A stretch of 64,000 nucleotides of DNA from Phycisphaeraceae bacterium (GCA_040905565.1 JBBDRF010000012.1:32001-96000), one strand, 5' to 3'; shown: positions 49,565-61,195, numbered from the stretch's first letter. Notes: generated by a model from the letters alone, not told the origin. Made by a program: numbers and translations.

Positions 49565-50335
49565 TCAACGGGCGGTGTAACCGCCGTCGATGACCAGTTC
49601 ACTGCCGGTGACGAACCGCGATTCGTCAGAGGCCAGGTACGCGATGCCGTAGGCGATGTCGTCGGGTTCGCCCACGTGGCCGATTGGGTGAAGCTGATCC
49701 AGGTCCTTCCGGTATGCGTCCACGCCCTGCTCGCTTTGCTCGGCGAGCTTCGCCACCAACGGCGTCCAGATGAAGCCCGGATGGACGGAGTTGACGCGGA
49801 TTTTGTCCGGGGCGTAGAGCAGTGCATCGGTTTTGCTCATGCTGCGCACCGCGCCTTTTGAAGCGTGATAGGGAGGCAGGTCGGGCGCGCTGATGATGCC
49901 GTAGATGGACGACAGGTTGATGATGCTGCCGCCGCCCGCCTCACGCATGTAAGAGATCACGTGCTTGGTGCAGAGGAAGACCCCGGTGACGTTAATCCGG
50001 AAGAGTTCCTGCCATTGCTCAAGCGTGACCTCGTCGGTGGGGCGATTCACCCCGGCGATGCCCGCGTTATTCACCAGGACATCGACGGCACCGAACTGTT
50101 CACGGACGGCTTGGAAGACGCTTTGGACTTCATCCTCATCGCCGACATCGAGGTGGTAGAAAGCCGCCTTTCCGCCTGCGTTTGCGATCCTTTTGACGAC
50201 CGCTTGTCCCTCATCATCATTGATGTCGGTCACGGCGACGCTCGCCCCCTCACGGGCGAGCAGTTCGCAGGTCGCACGGCCGATGCCGAGCGATCCTCCG
50301 GTGACGATGGCGACTTTGCCTTCAAGACGGGCCAT
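49565..50335 (-). CDS. Short-chain dehydrogenase/reductase
   Basis: TGGSLGIG, NNAG, YHASK, IRVNSVHPG, DGGYTA. Confidence 0.92.
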   Translation of the reverse strand: MARLEGKVAIVTGGSLGIGRATCELLAREGASVAVTDINDDEGQAVVKRIANAGGKAAFYHLDVGDEDEVQSVFQAVREQFGAVDVLVNNAGIAGVNRPTDEVTLEQWQELFRINVTGVFLCTKHVISYMREAGGGSIINLSSIYGIISAPDLPPYHASKGAVRSMSKTDALLYAPDKIRVNSVHPGFIWTPLVAKLAEQSEQGVDAYRKDLDQLHPIGHVGEPDDIAYGIAYLASDESRFVTGSELVIDGGYTAR

Positions 50336-50450
50336 GGCTTTCCTTTCACTTATGCCGTCGTTAACTCCGGCCCCTGCCGATCAGATTCGGCAACAGGCTT
50401 GAAGTCGAGGAGCAAGCGATATGCCGGTGCCGGCAAGATGCCTAACTCGC

Positions 50451-51923
50451 TCAGCCATGGGGGATGGTCTGCGCTTCGGTGAACTCGAAGAGTCCTTCGA
50501 TGCCGCCTTCACGGCCGTAGCCGGACTGCTTCATGCCGCCGAAGGGAGCCTCGGGTGTGGGGCCTTGCCCGGTGTTGTGGCCGACGTGGCCGAAGCGGAG
50601 TTGGGCGGCGACGCGGGCGGCCCGGTCATCGTCGGCGGTGAAGACGTAGGAGGCGAGGCCGTACTCCGTGCGGTTGCCGAAGGCGACGGCCTCGGCTTCG
50701 TTGTCGAACTTGAGAATCGGCACGAGCGGCCCGAAGGTTTCCTCGCGGCAGCAGACCATCTCGTGCGTGACGTTGCGGAGGACGGTGGGGGGGTGGAAGC
50801 AGCCCCAGTCGTCACCGAGCGGCTCGGGCACGTCGCTGCCTGTCACGATCTCCGCACCCTTGGCCAGGGCGTCTTCGACATGCCGACGCACTTTGTCGTA
50901 ACCGGCACGATCGATCAACGGCCCCAGGTCGGTATCGTCCGCCATGCCGTCGCCGACTTTGAGTTTGCTCGCCCGCTCGGCAACCTTCTCAGCGAAGGCG
51001 TCGGCGATCGATTCATGCGCGTAAACGCGGTTGGCGCAAACGCAGGTCTGACCATTTGCACGGAACTTGTTCGCCACCAGCTGGTCGGCGGCGTGGTCGA
51101 GATCGGCGTCTTCGAAGACGATGAACGGCGCGTTGCCGCCGAGCTCGAGGCAAAGGCGTTTGAGATCGTGGGCGGTTTTCTGCACGAGCAGTTTGCCGAC
51201 TTCGGTGGAGCCGGTGAGGCTGATCACGCGGACGCGTTCATCTTCGCAGAGCACGTCGGCGATGGTCTTCGGATGCCCCAGCAGGAGGTTCGCTTTGCCC
51301 GGCGGCAGCTTCGCTTCCTGCTCGAGAATGTGGAACAGCACGATCATGCTCAATGGGGTTTTGGACGACGGCTTGATGATGCTCGGGCTATCGGCCGCGA
51401 GGGCCGCGGAAAGCTTCTTGGCGATCATGGCCATCGGGAAGTTCCAGGGCGTGAGCAGGGCGACCACGCCGGCGGGGCGATGGTGCACTGTCCAGTCCAT
51501 GCCCTTGGGCCGCTCGGTCACGGGCCGCGGTTTGAGCAGGTCGATGTTGTCCGCACAGTAGCGGTAGAAGCCGGCTGCATATTCGGCCTCGCCGCGGGCC
51601 TCCTTCAACGGCTTGCCCATCTCCATCGTCAGGATGCGGGCGATTTCGTCCTTGTGCTTGCGGAGGGCGGCGTCGATGCGGAGCAACCATTCGCGGCGTT
51701 CGTCGATGCTGGCCGGCTGATCGAGCGCGGCGTGAGCGGCATCAATCGCTCGCCGAGTCTCCGCTTCGCCCATTGAGGGGACAGCGGCGAGGCGATCGCC
51801 GGTGGCGGGGTTCACGACATCGGTCGTCTCGCCCGAATCAGCGCCGACCCATTGCCCACCGATGTAGCCGCTGAGGTGCTTGAGAAGCGGGGATTCGATG
51901 CCGGTGACTGCTTGCGGAGCCAT
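50451..51923 (-). CDS. NAD(P)-dependent succinate-semialdehyde dehydrogenase (GabD-like)
   Basis: TPWNFP, TGSTEVGK, LELGGNAPF, GQTCVCANR, EETFGP, PFGGMKQSGYGREG. Confidence 0.88.
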   Translation of the reverse strand: MAPQAVTGIESPLLKHLSGYIGGQWVGADSGETTDVVNPATGDRLAAVPSMGEAETRRAIDAAHAALDQPASIDERREWLLRIDAALRKHKDEIARILTMEMGKPLKEARGEAEYAAGFYRYCADNIDLLKPRPVTERPKGMDWTVHHRPAGVVALLTPWNFPMAMIAKKLSAALAADSPSIIKPSSKTPLSMIVLFHILEQEAKLPPGKANLLLGHPKTIADVLCEDERVRVISLTGSTEVGKLLVQKTAHDLKRLCLELGGNAPFIVFEDADLDHAADQLVANKFRANGQTCVCANRVYAHESIADAFAEKVAERASKLKVGDGMADDTDLGPLIDRAGYDKVRRHVEDALAKGAEIVTGSDVPEPLGDDWGCFHPPTVLRNVTHEMVCCREETFGPLVPILKFDNEAEAVAFGNRTEYGLASYVFTADDDRAARVAAQLRFGHVGHNTGQGPTPEAPFGGMKQSGYGREGGIEGLFEFTEAQTIPHG

Positions 51924-51977
51924 GAGAACTCTCCATGAATGACATTGCTTTGGGCATCATAGCCAAGCGGGGAACGG

Positions 51978-53396
51978 CTATAGCTGTGGGCGACGATCCG
52001 TCAGCGGATTGGCGCACTGGTAGGCATGAGCGGCTTTGAAGACGAGGGCGTCGGCGTATCGGTTGCCGACGATCTGCAGCCCGATCGGCAGACCTTCGCT
52101 GGTGAATCCGCACGGCACGGACATGGCCGGCTGCCCGGTCAGGTTGAACGGGTAGCTGAACGGCGTCCACGTGGGCCAGCGATCGTGAGGCCAGCCCTCG
52201 GGCACTTCGCGATTGGTTGCGAATGCGGGGATCGGCAGGGCGGGTGTGATCAGTAAATCGTAAGTCTGGTGGAACCGCCCCATGCGTTCGATGAGGGCAA
52301 GGCGCTCGTTGCCGGCTGCGAGGTAATCGATGATGTCCAGCTGAGCGGCCCACTCGGCGGCGGCGACGAGGCCGGTGTCCATCTTCTTCCGCTGCTCGGC
52401 ATCGATGGCACGCATGGCGTTGGCGGCCCCGCCGTAGAACAGGGCGTTGAAGGCATCAAGCGGATCGCCGAAGCCGGGATCTTTCAGGTCGACGATGGCG
52501 CCCATGTCCTCGAAGACCTCGGCTGCCTTGGCGACGGCTGCCGCGACTTCGTCGTTCATAATGTCGACATAGCCGAGCGCCGGGCTGAAGGCGATGCGCA
52601 GGTTCCGCACGCCGTCGGTCTGCTCACGCAGGGCCTCGGCGTAGGTGGTGTTCGGCTGCGGCGGTGGGGCGGTGGTGTCGCGGGCATCAGGGGCGACCAG
52701 AACATCCATCAGCATCGCCGCATCTTCCACCGTCCACGCCATCGGCCCGACGTGCGCGAGGGGATAGAACGCGCTGGGGGGCCACATGGGGGCGAGGCCG
52801 TGGGTGGGCTTGTGGCCGACGATGCCGCAGAACCCGGCGGGGATGCGCACCGAGCCGCCCGCATCGGTGCCGAGTGAGAGGGGGCCCATGCCCAGGGGGA
52901 TCATGGCTGCGCTGCCGCCGCTGGAGCCGCCCGCGGTTTTGGTGATGTCCCACGGGTTGTTCGTCGGGCCGGTGAGGGCGCTGTCGGTCACGCCCTTCCA
53001 TGCAAACTCAGGCGTGGTCACGCGGCCGGGTTGCACGAATCCGCTGCGCTTCAGGGCGGCGACGGCGGGGGCGTCTTCCTTGGCGAGATCATCGGCGGGA
53101 ATCAGCGTGGAGCCTTTGCGGTTCGGCTGCCCGCGGGTGAGGAACATATCCTTGATACCGACGGGGATGCCGTCGAGTGGCCCCATCGGTTGCAGGCAGC
53201 GGAAGCGTTCTTCGGAGGCCCGCGCCTGCTGCATTGTGAGTTCTTCGTCGAGCCAGCAGTAGGCGTTCACCGCATCGTTATGTTTATGGATGCGATCGAG
53301 CACCGCCTCGGCCGTCTCCACCGGCGAAAGCTCCCCCTGGCGATAGTAATCCGCCAGCTGGGCGGCAGTGAGATCGGCAACTTCGGTAGCGGGCAT
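51978..53396 (-). CDS. Amidase (amidase-signature family)
   Basis: GIPVGIKD, GGSSGGS, GTDAGGSVRIPA, PFNLTGQPA. Confidence 0.9.
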   Translation of the reverse strand: MPATEVADLTAAQLADYYRQGELSPVETAEAVLDRIHKHNDAVNAYCWLDEELTMQQARASEERFRCLQPMGPLDGIPVGIKDMFLTRGQPNRKGSTLIPADDLAKEDAPAVAALKRSGFVQPGRVTTPEFAWKGVTDSALTGPTNNPWDITKTAGGSSGGSAAMIPLGMGPLSLGTDAGGSVRIPAGFCGIVGHKPTHGLAPMWPPSAFYPLAHVGPMAWTVEDAAMLMDVLVAPDARDTTAPPPQPNTTYAEALREQTDGVRNLRIAFSPALGYVDIMNDEVAAAVAKAAEVFEDMGAIVDLKDPGFGDPLDAFNALFYGGAANAMRAIDAEQRKKMDTGLVAAAEWAAQLDIIDYLAAGNERLALIERMGRFHQTYDLLITPALPIPAFATNREVPEGWPHDRWPTWTPFSYPFNLTGQPAMSVPCGFTSEGLPIGLQIVGNRYADALVFKAAHAYQCANPLTDRRPQL

Positions 53397-53447
53397 TTCA
53401 AACTCCGAGAAGGCGAGCGGCAAAATCGAACGGCGACGGATGCGTCT

Positions 53448-54674
53448 CTACTGTGGTCGACCGACTCCCGAGGCCGGCGTGAATTCCTGTTCCGCCAGCC
53501 ACGGAATGATGCGACTGAAGGCTTCTTCGATCTTGTCCATCGAGGTCGAATAGCTGATCCGCAGCGAGTTCGGGCACGTATCGCCGAACGCATCGCCCGG
53601 CACCACGCAAACGCCCGTCTCCTGAAGCATCCGCATCGCCACGGTCGAGCCGTCGGTATTCGGCGGCAGCGACGGGAAAATATAAAACGCGCCCTGAGGC
53701 CAATACCCCTGCAGGTGCGGCGCCTTGCTGACCAGTTGCACGACGCGGTCGCGCCGGCGTCGGTACTCCGCGACCATCTTGTTCACGCAGCTGCGGTCGC
53801 CACGCAGCGCTGCCACGCCCGCCCACTGGGCTGGGGTGTTCGCCACGGTAGTCGTGAACATGTGATAACGGCGAAGCATCTTGATCGTGCCCGCACTGGA
53901 AATAATCCACCCGATCCGCAGGCCGGGCATGCTGAACGTCTTGGAGAAACTGTTGACCACCATGACGTGGTCCAGGTCCGACGTACAGCGGATCACGCTG
54001 GGGTATTCCATGTCGTCGAGAACGATCTTGTCGTACACCTCGTCACTGAAGACCTTCACGCCTCGGTAGGCTGCTTCTTCGACGATCGCCTCGACCGTTT
54101 CGCGTGGGTAGACCGCCCCGGTGGGGTTGTTAGGTGAGTTGAGGATGATGCCGTAGGTGCGCATGCCGATATGGCGAATCACCTCTTCGGGATCAAGCTG
54201 ATGGCCTGACTCGGCATAGGTGGGGATGATCTTGACCTCGCCGCCGTTCATGCGGATCAGCGGGGCGTAGAGCACGAAGGTGGGATCGGTCACCAGGAAC
54301 TGCCGACCGGGGGCGGCGGTGGCGCTGAGGGCGAGGTACATCGCCTCGGTCGCACCGGTGGTGACCAGGAAGTTGTCTTCGGTTAGATCGCGGTCGTACT
54401 CTTCGCTGTAGTAGTCCTTCAGGGCCGTCAGCAACTCGGGCAGGCCGGCGTCCATTGTGTACTGCGTCTGCCCAGCCCGGAGCGCGTCGATGTGGGCTTC
54501 AATGATGTGCTCGGGCGTCGGGAAATCCGGCTGCCCGATGGAAAGATGGATCACGTCCTTCATCGAAGCCGCCAGGTTGATCATCTTCCGGATGCCCGGC
54601 ATGGGGATGGATTGCAAAGCCGGGGTCCAAGTGGCTTTTTCCGTCTCAAATTCATGCTCATTCGTGGAGGCCAT
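53448..54674 (-). CDS. Class I/II PLP aminotransferase
   Basis: IGQPDFPTP, NSPNNPTG, SDEVY, SFSKTFSMPGLRIGW, GAFY, LRISY. Confidence 0.9.
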   Translation of the reverse strand: MASTNEHEFETEKATWTPALQSIPMPGIRKMINLAASMKDVIHLSIGQPDFPTPEHIIEAHIDALRAGQTQYTMDAGLPELLTALKDYYSEEYDRDLTEDNFLVTTGATEAMYLALSATAAPGRQFLVTDPTFVLYAPLIRMNGGEVKIIPTYAESGHQLDPEEVIRHIGMRTYGIILNSPNNPTGAVYPRETVEAIVEEAAYRGVKVFSDEVYDKIVLDDMEYPSVIRCTSDLDHVMVVNSFSKTFSMPGLRIGWIISSAGTIKMLRRYHMFTTTVANTPAQWAGVAALRGDRSCVNKMVAEYRRRRDRVVQLVSKAPHLQGYWPQGAFYIFPSLPPNTDGSTVAMRMLQETGVCVVPGDAFGDTCPNSLRISYSTSMDKIEEAFSRIIPWLAEQEFTPASGVGRPQ

Positions 54675-55023
54675 GGGAGGGTTCCTTCTCAAGCTTGCCG
54701 GGGGCCGTTGCCGTTACCGCGGTAGGGATATGACGCGTCGGTTTGAACTACTGCCTTACATAGCCTTGTTGCGTGGGTTTGGTTCGCGTGAGATTTTGCT
54801 AACTTTGGTGCATTCCTTCGGCGCATTCTAGTCCGCCGCGCTTGCATCACGGCAAGCGGTGGACACAAAGATTTCGCGCCTTTTTCGAAGCACTGTCATG
54901 CCTTACATCATCGGCTTGTAACCGGGGTCAGTTGACAATTTCGCATCGCGAGGAGTACGGTTTCGAGATGCCGTGCAGCGACCCGATGTGGGGAGAAGAC
55001 GGCCGAGACACGAGAGGAACTCG

Positions 55024-56025
55024 ATGAACGCTTCCGCAGTGGATAAACCGGTCGTCGCGGTGTTTTCCAGCCAGTCTCCCACCGGGCCCAGCGGCGGTGA
55101 GCGATGGCCGGGGCTCGACTCACTGGACGAGCTTGCCGTCGTCCGCCACGCCTCGACCGCTGAGGAACTGACCGAGGCCCTGCGTGAGGCCGACGTTCTG
55201 CTCGTCACGGATTTCCGCACGCCCGTCGTTCAACAGGCTTGGCCGCACGCCCGCCGGCTCAAGTGGGTACACGCCACCAGCGCGGGCGTCGATAAGCTGC
55301 TGTTTCCCGAGCTCATCGAGAGCGACGTTCCTGTCACGAACGCCCGGGGCATTTTCGATCGTCCGATCGCGGAATACGTGCTCGGCTTCATCCTCGTCTA
55401 CGCAAAGGATGTCCTGGGCACGGTCGCCCTTCAGCGTGAGCACACCTGGCAACATCGTGATACCGAACGCATCGAAGGTAAGCGGGTGCTCGTCGTGGGG
55501 GCGGGTTCAATTGGGCGGCAGATCGGGCGGCTTTGCGGGGCGGCGGGCATGGCTGTGACCGCGCTGGCGCGTCACCCTCGGACCGACGATCCGGATTTCG
55601 AAAAGGTTCACGCCTCGGAGGATCTGCACCAGCTCCTTCCCGAGGCCGATTATGTCGTCATCGCCGCCCCGCTTACCGACGAAACCCGTGGGCTGTTCGA
55701 TGCGGCCACGCTGGAGCGCTTCAAGCCCACCGCTCGGCTGATCAACATCGGCCGAGGCGAAATCGTGCAGACCGAGCCATTGGTCGAGGCGCTCAACGCC
55801 GGACGGCTCGCCGGTGCCGCGTTGGATGTTTTTGAGCAGGAGCCGTTGCCCGAGGACCACCCACTTTGGACGCTGCCGAACGTGATCGTTTCGCCCCATA
55901 TGGCCGGCGACGTCCACGGCTGGCGCGCCGCACTCAGCGATCAATTTCTCAAGCTGCTTAAGCACTGGAAGGCCACGGGCGAACTGACGAACCTTGTCAA
56001 CAAGGAACGCGGCTACGCCGGCTGA
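55024..56025 (+). CDS. D-2-hydroxyacid dehydrogenase
   Basis: SAGVD, GAGSIG, INIGRG, LDVFEQEP, SPHMAG; GAGAGGA RBS. Confidence 0.9.
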   Translation: MNASAVDKPVVAVFSSQSPTGPSGGERWPGLDSLDELAVVRHASTAEELTEALREADVLLVTDFRTPVVQQAWPHARRLKWVHATSAGVDKLLFPELIESDVPVTNARGIFDRPIAEYVLGFILVYAKDVLGTVALQREHTWQHRDTERIEGKRVLVVGAGSIGRQIGRLCGAAGMAVTALARHPRTDDPDFEKVHASEDLHQLLPEADYVVIAAPLTDETRGLFDAATLERFKPTARLINIGRGEIVQTEPLVEALNAGRLAGAALDVFEQEPLPEDHPLWTLPNVIVSPHMAGDVHGWRAALSDQFLKLLKHWKATGELTNLVNKERGYAG

Positions 56026-56109
56026 CCGCCGGCGCCTGCTCAAGAGCCGGGTTGTCCTCAACCGGGTCGAGTTGGTGGGGGGGGCGGCGTGGGATAGAAT
56101 GGGCAGCTT

Positions 56110-57681
56110 ATGCCCAACGCACACGAAAAAACCGTCTTCCTCGAAACCTTCGGCTGCCAGATGAACGTCCTCGACAGCGAGTTGGTCGTCGGCGCGCTCC
56201 GCGGCCTCGGCTACGCACTGACCGAGCAGCGCGACGCCGCCGACGTCATCCTCTTCAACACCTGCTCAGTGCGGCAGCAGGCGGAGGATAAAGTCTACGG
56301 GCGGCTGGGGGACGTGAAGCGTGTGAAGCGCGAGCGGCCCGACGTCGTCGTCGGCGTCATCGGCTGTATGGCTGAACGCGACGGCGAAGACCTGCTCAAA
56401 CGCTATCCGCAGGTCGACCTGATGTGCGGACCGGCCGAGCTGGACAAGGTCCCCCTGCTCATCGACAACGTGCTCAAAACACGCGAACCCGCGCTGGCCC
56501 TGCAAAACGGGAAAAGTGGGGGCGCAAGTGGCGGAGGGGCGCGGCGATCGTCCACGCTCGCAGCAGCCAAGGACGACCTGGAACTGCTGGATCTTTCACG
56601 TTCGATGTCGCCTGACGCAGCGGGGGCGCACAACAACTCTGCCTACGTCCGCATCACGCGCGGCTGTAACAAATTCTGCACCTACTGCGTCGTGCCCTAC
56701 ACCCGTGGGGCTGAGGTGCACCGCCCGCCCGACCACATCGTGGCCGAGTGCCGACAGCTTGCGGAGGCGGGCATCACCGAGGTGACGCTGCTTGGCCAGA
56801 CCGTCAATCATTATCTTTACGACCATGGTGCGGCGATCAGCATGGAAGGCGTGCAGCAGCCGCAGGTCGGTCCCGGCGGCAAGGCGTTCAAGCAGAGCCA
56901 GCAGTACGCAGCCGGCCGAAAGCTGACCACGTTCGCGAACCTGCTCAAGCGCATCCACGACGAAGTTCCCGCCATTCAAAGGCTGCGGTTTGTGACAAGC
57001 TATCCGCGGGATTTCGGCGACGACATTCTTCAGGTGATGGCCGAGAGTGAACGCATCTGCAATTACCTTCACGTTCCCGCTCAGCACGGCTCGGACCGGG
57101 TGCTCAAGCTGATGAACCGCGAATACACCATCGGCGAGTATTACGCCTTCATTGAGCGGGCGCGGAGCTTCATGCCCGACGTCCAGATCGCCAGCGACTT
57201 CATCGTCGGCTTCCCCACCGAAACCGAAGCGGAGTTCCAGACGAATAAGGAAGTGATTCGCCGCTGCCAGTTCAAGAACAGCTTCATCTTCAAGTATTCG
57301 CCTCGGCCGGGCACGATCGCCATCGATCGATTTGCCGACGATGTCCCCGATGCCGTCAAGCGTCGACGCAACGCGGAACTGCTGGAAGTGCAGGCGGAGG
57401 TCTCCCAGCAGGTGCACGATGCGATCGTCGGACAGACGGTGCAGGTGAAGGTCGAAGGCGTGAGCAAGAAGGGGATGAAGCAGCGGCAGCAGGGCAATGT
57501 TGAACTCCGCTGGGAGCACGGTGAGGAAGTCACGCAACTGTCCGGCCGAACGCGCGGCGACCTGATCGTCATGTTTGACGGCAGCGAAGAACTCGTCGGC
57601 AAACTGGTGGACGTGAACGTTCAGACCGCCAAACCGCTGACCCTGTTCGGAGAACTCGCCGGACAACCTGCTGCGGTGTAG
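56110..57681 (+). CDS. miaB: tRNA-2-methylthio-N6-dimethylallyladenosine synthase MiaB
   Basis: TFGCQMN, NTCSVR, GCMA, radical SAM CNKFCTYC, DFIVGFPTET, YSPRPGT, TRAM-like C-terminus. Confidence 0.95.
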   Translation: MPNAHEKTVFLETFGCQMNVLDSELVVGALRGLGYALTEQRDAADVILFNTCSVRQQAEDKVYGRLGDVKRVKRERPDVVVGVIGCMAERDGEDLLKRYPQVDLMCGPAELDKVPLLIDNVLKTREPALALQNGKSGGASGGGARRSSTLAAAKDDLELLDLSRSMSPDAAGAHNNSAYVRITRGCNKFCTYCVVPYTRGAEVHRPPDHIVAECRQLAEAGITEVTLLGQTVNHYLYDHGAAISMEGVQQPQVGPGGKAFKQSQQYAAGRKLTTFANLLKRIHDEVPAIQRLRFVTSYPRDFGDDILQVMAESERICNYLHVPAQHGSDRVLKLMNREYTIGEYYAFIERARSFMPDVQIASDFIVGFPTETEAEFQTNKEVIRRCQFKNSFIFKYSPRPGTIAIDRFADDVPDAVKRRRNAELLEVQAEVSQQVHDAIVGQTVQVKVEGVSKKGMKQRQQGNVELRWEHGEEVTQLSGRTRGDLIVMFDGSEELVGKLVDVNVQTAKPLTLFGELAGQPAAV

Positions 57682-57757
57682 AACACCGGCGCGATAACCT
57701 TCAACCGCCAGACCGCTCTTTTGTTGGCACCGCGGCATGAGGGTAGACTGTTCGATC

Positions 57758-59659
57758 ATGTCGACTGCACCCGAGCTTCAACGTCCGGTCCTCTGGCGGA
57801 ATATCAGTTTTCATCTGCTGTGGACCAGTACGTTCGCCAGCGGGTTCGGCGATCGCATGGCGATGCTGGTGGCCATGGCGATGCTCGGGTATGGCGCGAC
57901 CGGGGCGGACAATTCCAGCATCCAGGCCGTTATCAATTTCTTCTTCTTTCTGCCGTACCTGATCTGGAGTCCGATGGCGGGCTGGCTCACCGATCGCCTG
58001 CCTCGCAAGTGGGTGCTCCTCGCGGCCGACCAGTCGCGCGGCGTTATCCTCCTTTGCGCCCTGCTGCTGGCGCCTTCCGCCGGCGTGATTGTCCCGGAGG
58101 GCGAACGCTGGCTCGTCTGGATGCTGATGCTTGGGCTCGGCATCATGGCGGCAACGTTCGTCCCGGCCCGGTTGAGCGTCGTCCCCAGTGTGGTCGGCAT
58201 GAAGCTGATCACGCGCGCCAACGGAGCCGTCGTCTCGATGGGCGTCATCGGCAACCTCTTCGGCCTGCTGCTCGGCGCGTCGCTGGTGGAACACTCGCTG
58301 GAGCAGGCGATTTACGTGGGGGCGGCCTGCTACATCATCTCCGGGCTGTTCTGGGTCTTTCTGCGGATGCCCTGGGAGAAGAAGCGGACACTTGGACTGG
58401 ATGCCCGCCACGGACCGTTCTACGCATTCAAGGAGATCGGCGACGGCCTGCGCTACGCCTGGCAAAAACGGGTCGTCCGCGTGCTGGTGCTGATGTCCGC
58501 GGTGGTCTGGGGCGGCACGGCGGTCTACGTTCCCGCCGTCGCTGCGCTGAACGTCGAACTCTACGGCCAGCAGATCGGCACCTATGGGCCGCTGCTCGGG
58601 ATGGTCGGCCTCGGCATGCTCCTCGGTGCCATCGGCCTCGCCGTCTGCAATCCGATCCGCGGGCTTGAGGTGCTCATGGTCGGCGGCTTTTTCCTGCTCG
58701 CACTCTGCCTCGGCCTTCAGGCGGTGGTGCCGGTGCTGGCGCTGGGGATGGTGCTCTCGTTCGGCGTCGGCCTCTCGGGGGCGCTGCTAATGGTGCCCCT
58801 GCACACGCTCCTGCAGCGGGTGTCGGCAAACCACGTCCGCGGTCGTGTCTTCGGCGCGAAGGAACTCGTCGGCGAGGTCGGCATGGTCGTCATCTCGCTC
58901 ATGGTCTGGCAGATGCCGCGCACGGATGCGCTGATGCGGCCGTTGATGATTGGCCTTGCGTTCCTCTACATCGCGGTCGGCATCTACGGCGTGAAACGCT
59001 ACATCATGACCGGCCCCACCGGCACGCGGACGCTTAACGTGGTCTGGCGTGTGATTCGGCTGGTCTCCGAGGGCATGCATCAACTGGACGTCCGCGGACG
59101 TGGCAACATGCCTCGCACGGGGCCCGCGCTGCTCGTGGCGAACCATACAGCCGGCACGGACCCGATGCTGATTCAGTCGGCGGTGCAACGCAAGGTCCGC
59201 TGGATGATGGCGAACGAGTACATGTTCCCTGCGCTGAATTTCATCTGGCGTCGCATGCAGCCGATCGGCGTCGCACGCACGGGGCGTGATGCGACGGCGG
59301 CGCGGCAGGCGATTGCGGCGCTGCGGAATGGCGATGCCGTGGCGGTGTTCCCCGAAGGGCGGATCAATCGTGACCGCGAGCCGTTGCAGGAGTTTTCGGC
59401 CGGCGTGGGGCTGATCGCCTTGCGCAGCGGTGCGCCCGTGGTGCCGATCTGGATCGAAGGCACGCCCCGCGGCAAGGTGCTCGGCGCATATTTACGGTTC
59501 AGCCGCTCGCGCGTCCGGTTCGGTGAACCGTTCGTCGTCGATCCCAACATGAAACCGGCCGAAGCGGCGGAGCTGATGCGGCAGAAGGTGGCCGACCTCG
59601 GCGTCTGGGACGCGGAGATCTCCGAAGCTGCCACACACCAGACAAGCGCGATGGGTTAG
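57758..59659 (+). CDS. MFS (LplT-like) transporter fused to a PlsC-type acyltransferase
   Basis: MFS domain (AGWLTDRLPRK, RGRVFG) followed by acyltransferase blocks NHTAGTD, FPEGRI, PVVPIWI. Confidence 0.85.
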   Translation: MSTAPELQRPVLWRNISFHLLWTSTFASGFGDRMAMLVAMAMLGYGATGADNSSIQAVINFFFFLPYLIWSPMAGWLTDRLPRKWVLLAADQSRGVILLCALLLAPSAGVIVPEGERWLVWMLMLGLGIMAATFVPARLSVVPSVVGMKLITRANGAVVSMGVIGNLFGLLLGASLVEHSLEQAIYVGAACYIISGLFWVFLRMPWEKKRTLGLDARHGPFYAFKEIGDGLRYAWQKRVVRVLVLMSAVVWGGTAVYVPAVAALNVELYGQQIGTYGPLLGMVGLGMLLGAIGLAVCNPIRGLEVLMVGGFFLLALCLGLQAVVPVLALGMVLSFGVGLSGALLMVPLHTLLQRVSANHVRGRVFGAKELVGEVGMVVISLMVWQMPRTDALMRPLMIGLAFLYIAVGIYGVKRYIMTGPTGTRTLNVVWRVIRLVSEGMHQLDVRGRGNMPRTGPALLVANHTAGTDPMLIQSAVQRKVRWMMANEYMFPALNFIWRRMQPIGVARTGRDATAARQAIAALRNGDAVAVFPEGRINRDREPLQEFSAGVGLIALRSGAPVVPIWIEGTPRGKVLGAYLRFSRSRVRFGEPFVVDPNMKPAEAAELMRQKVADLGVWDAEISEAATHQTSAMG

Positions 59660-59689
59660 CCTTGTGCCCCAGGGCAGGCGCCCGCTCAA

Positions 59690-61042
<1,353 letters not shown>

Positions 61043-61195
61043 CGTCGACTCCAGATGTATCCGGTGAATCCCCCAGGGCAACAGACATAGTTTACTTACT
61101 GCCGTTCGCGCAAACAACAGCACGGCCGAACCTTTGATGGCTCGGCCGTGCTGAAGTATTGCAATCGTCACCCGCTTAAGGCGGGCGGCGTTGAT

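Noticed and set aside
51978..53396. Amidase as gatA
   Set aside because: No gatB/gatC nearby; the catabolic context and sequence fit a general amidase.
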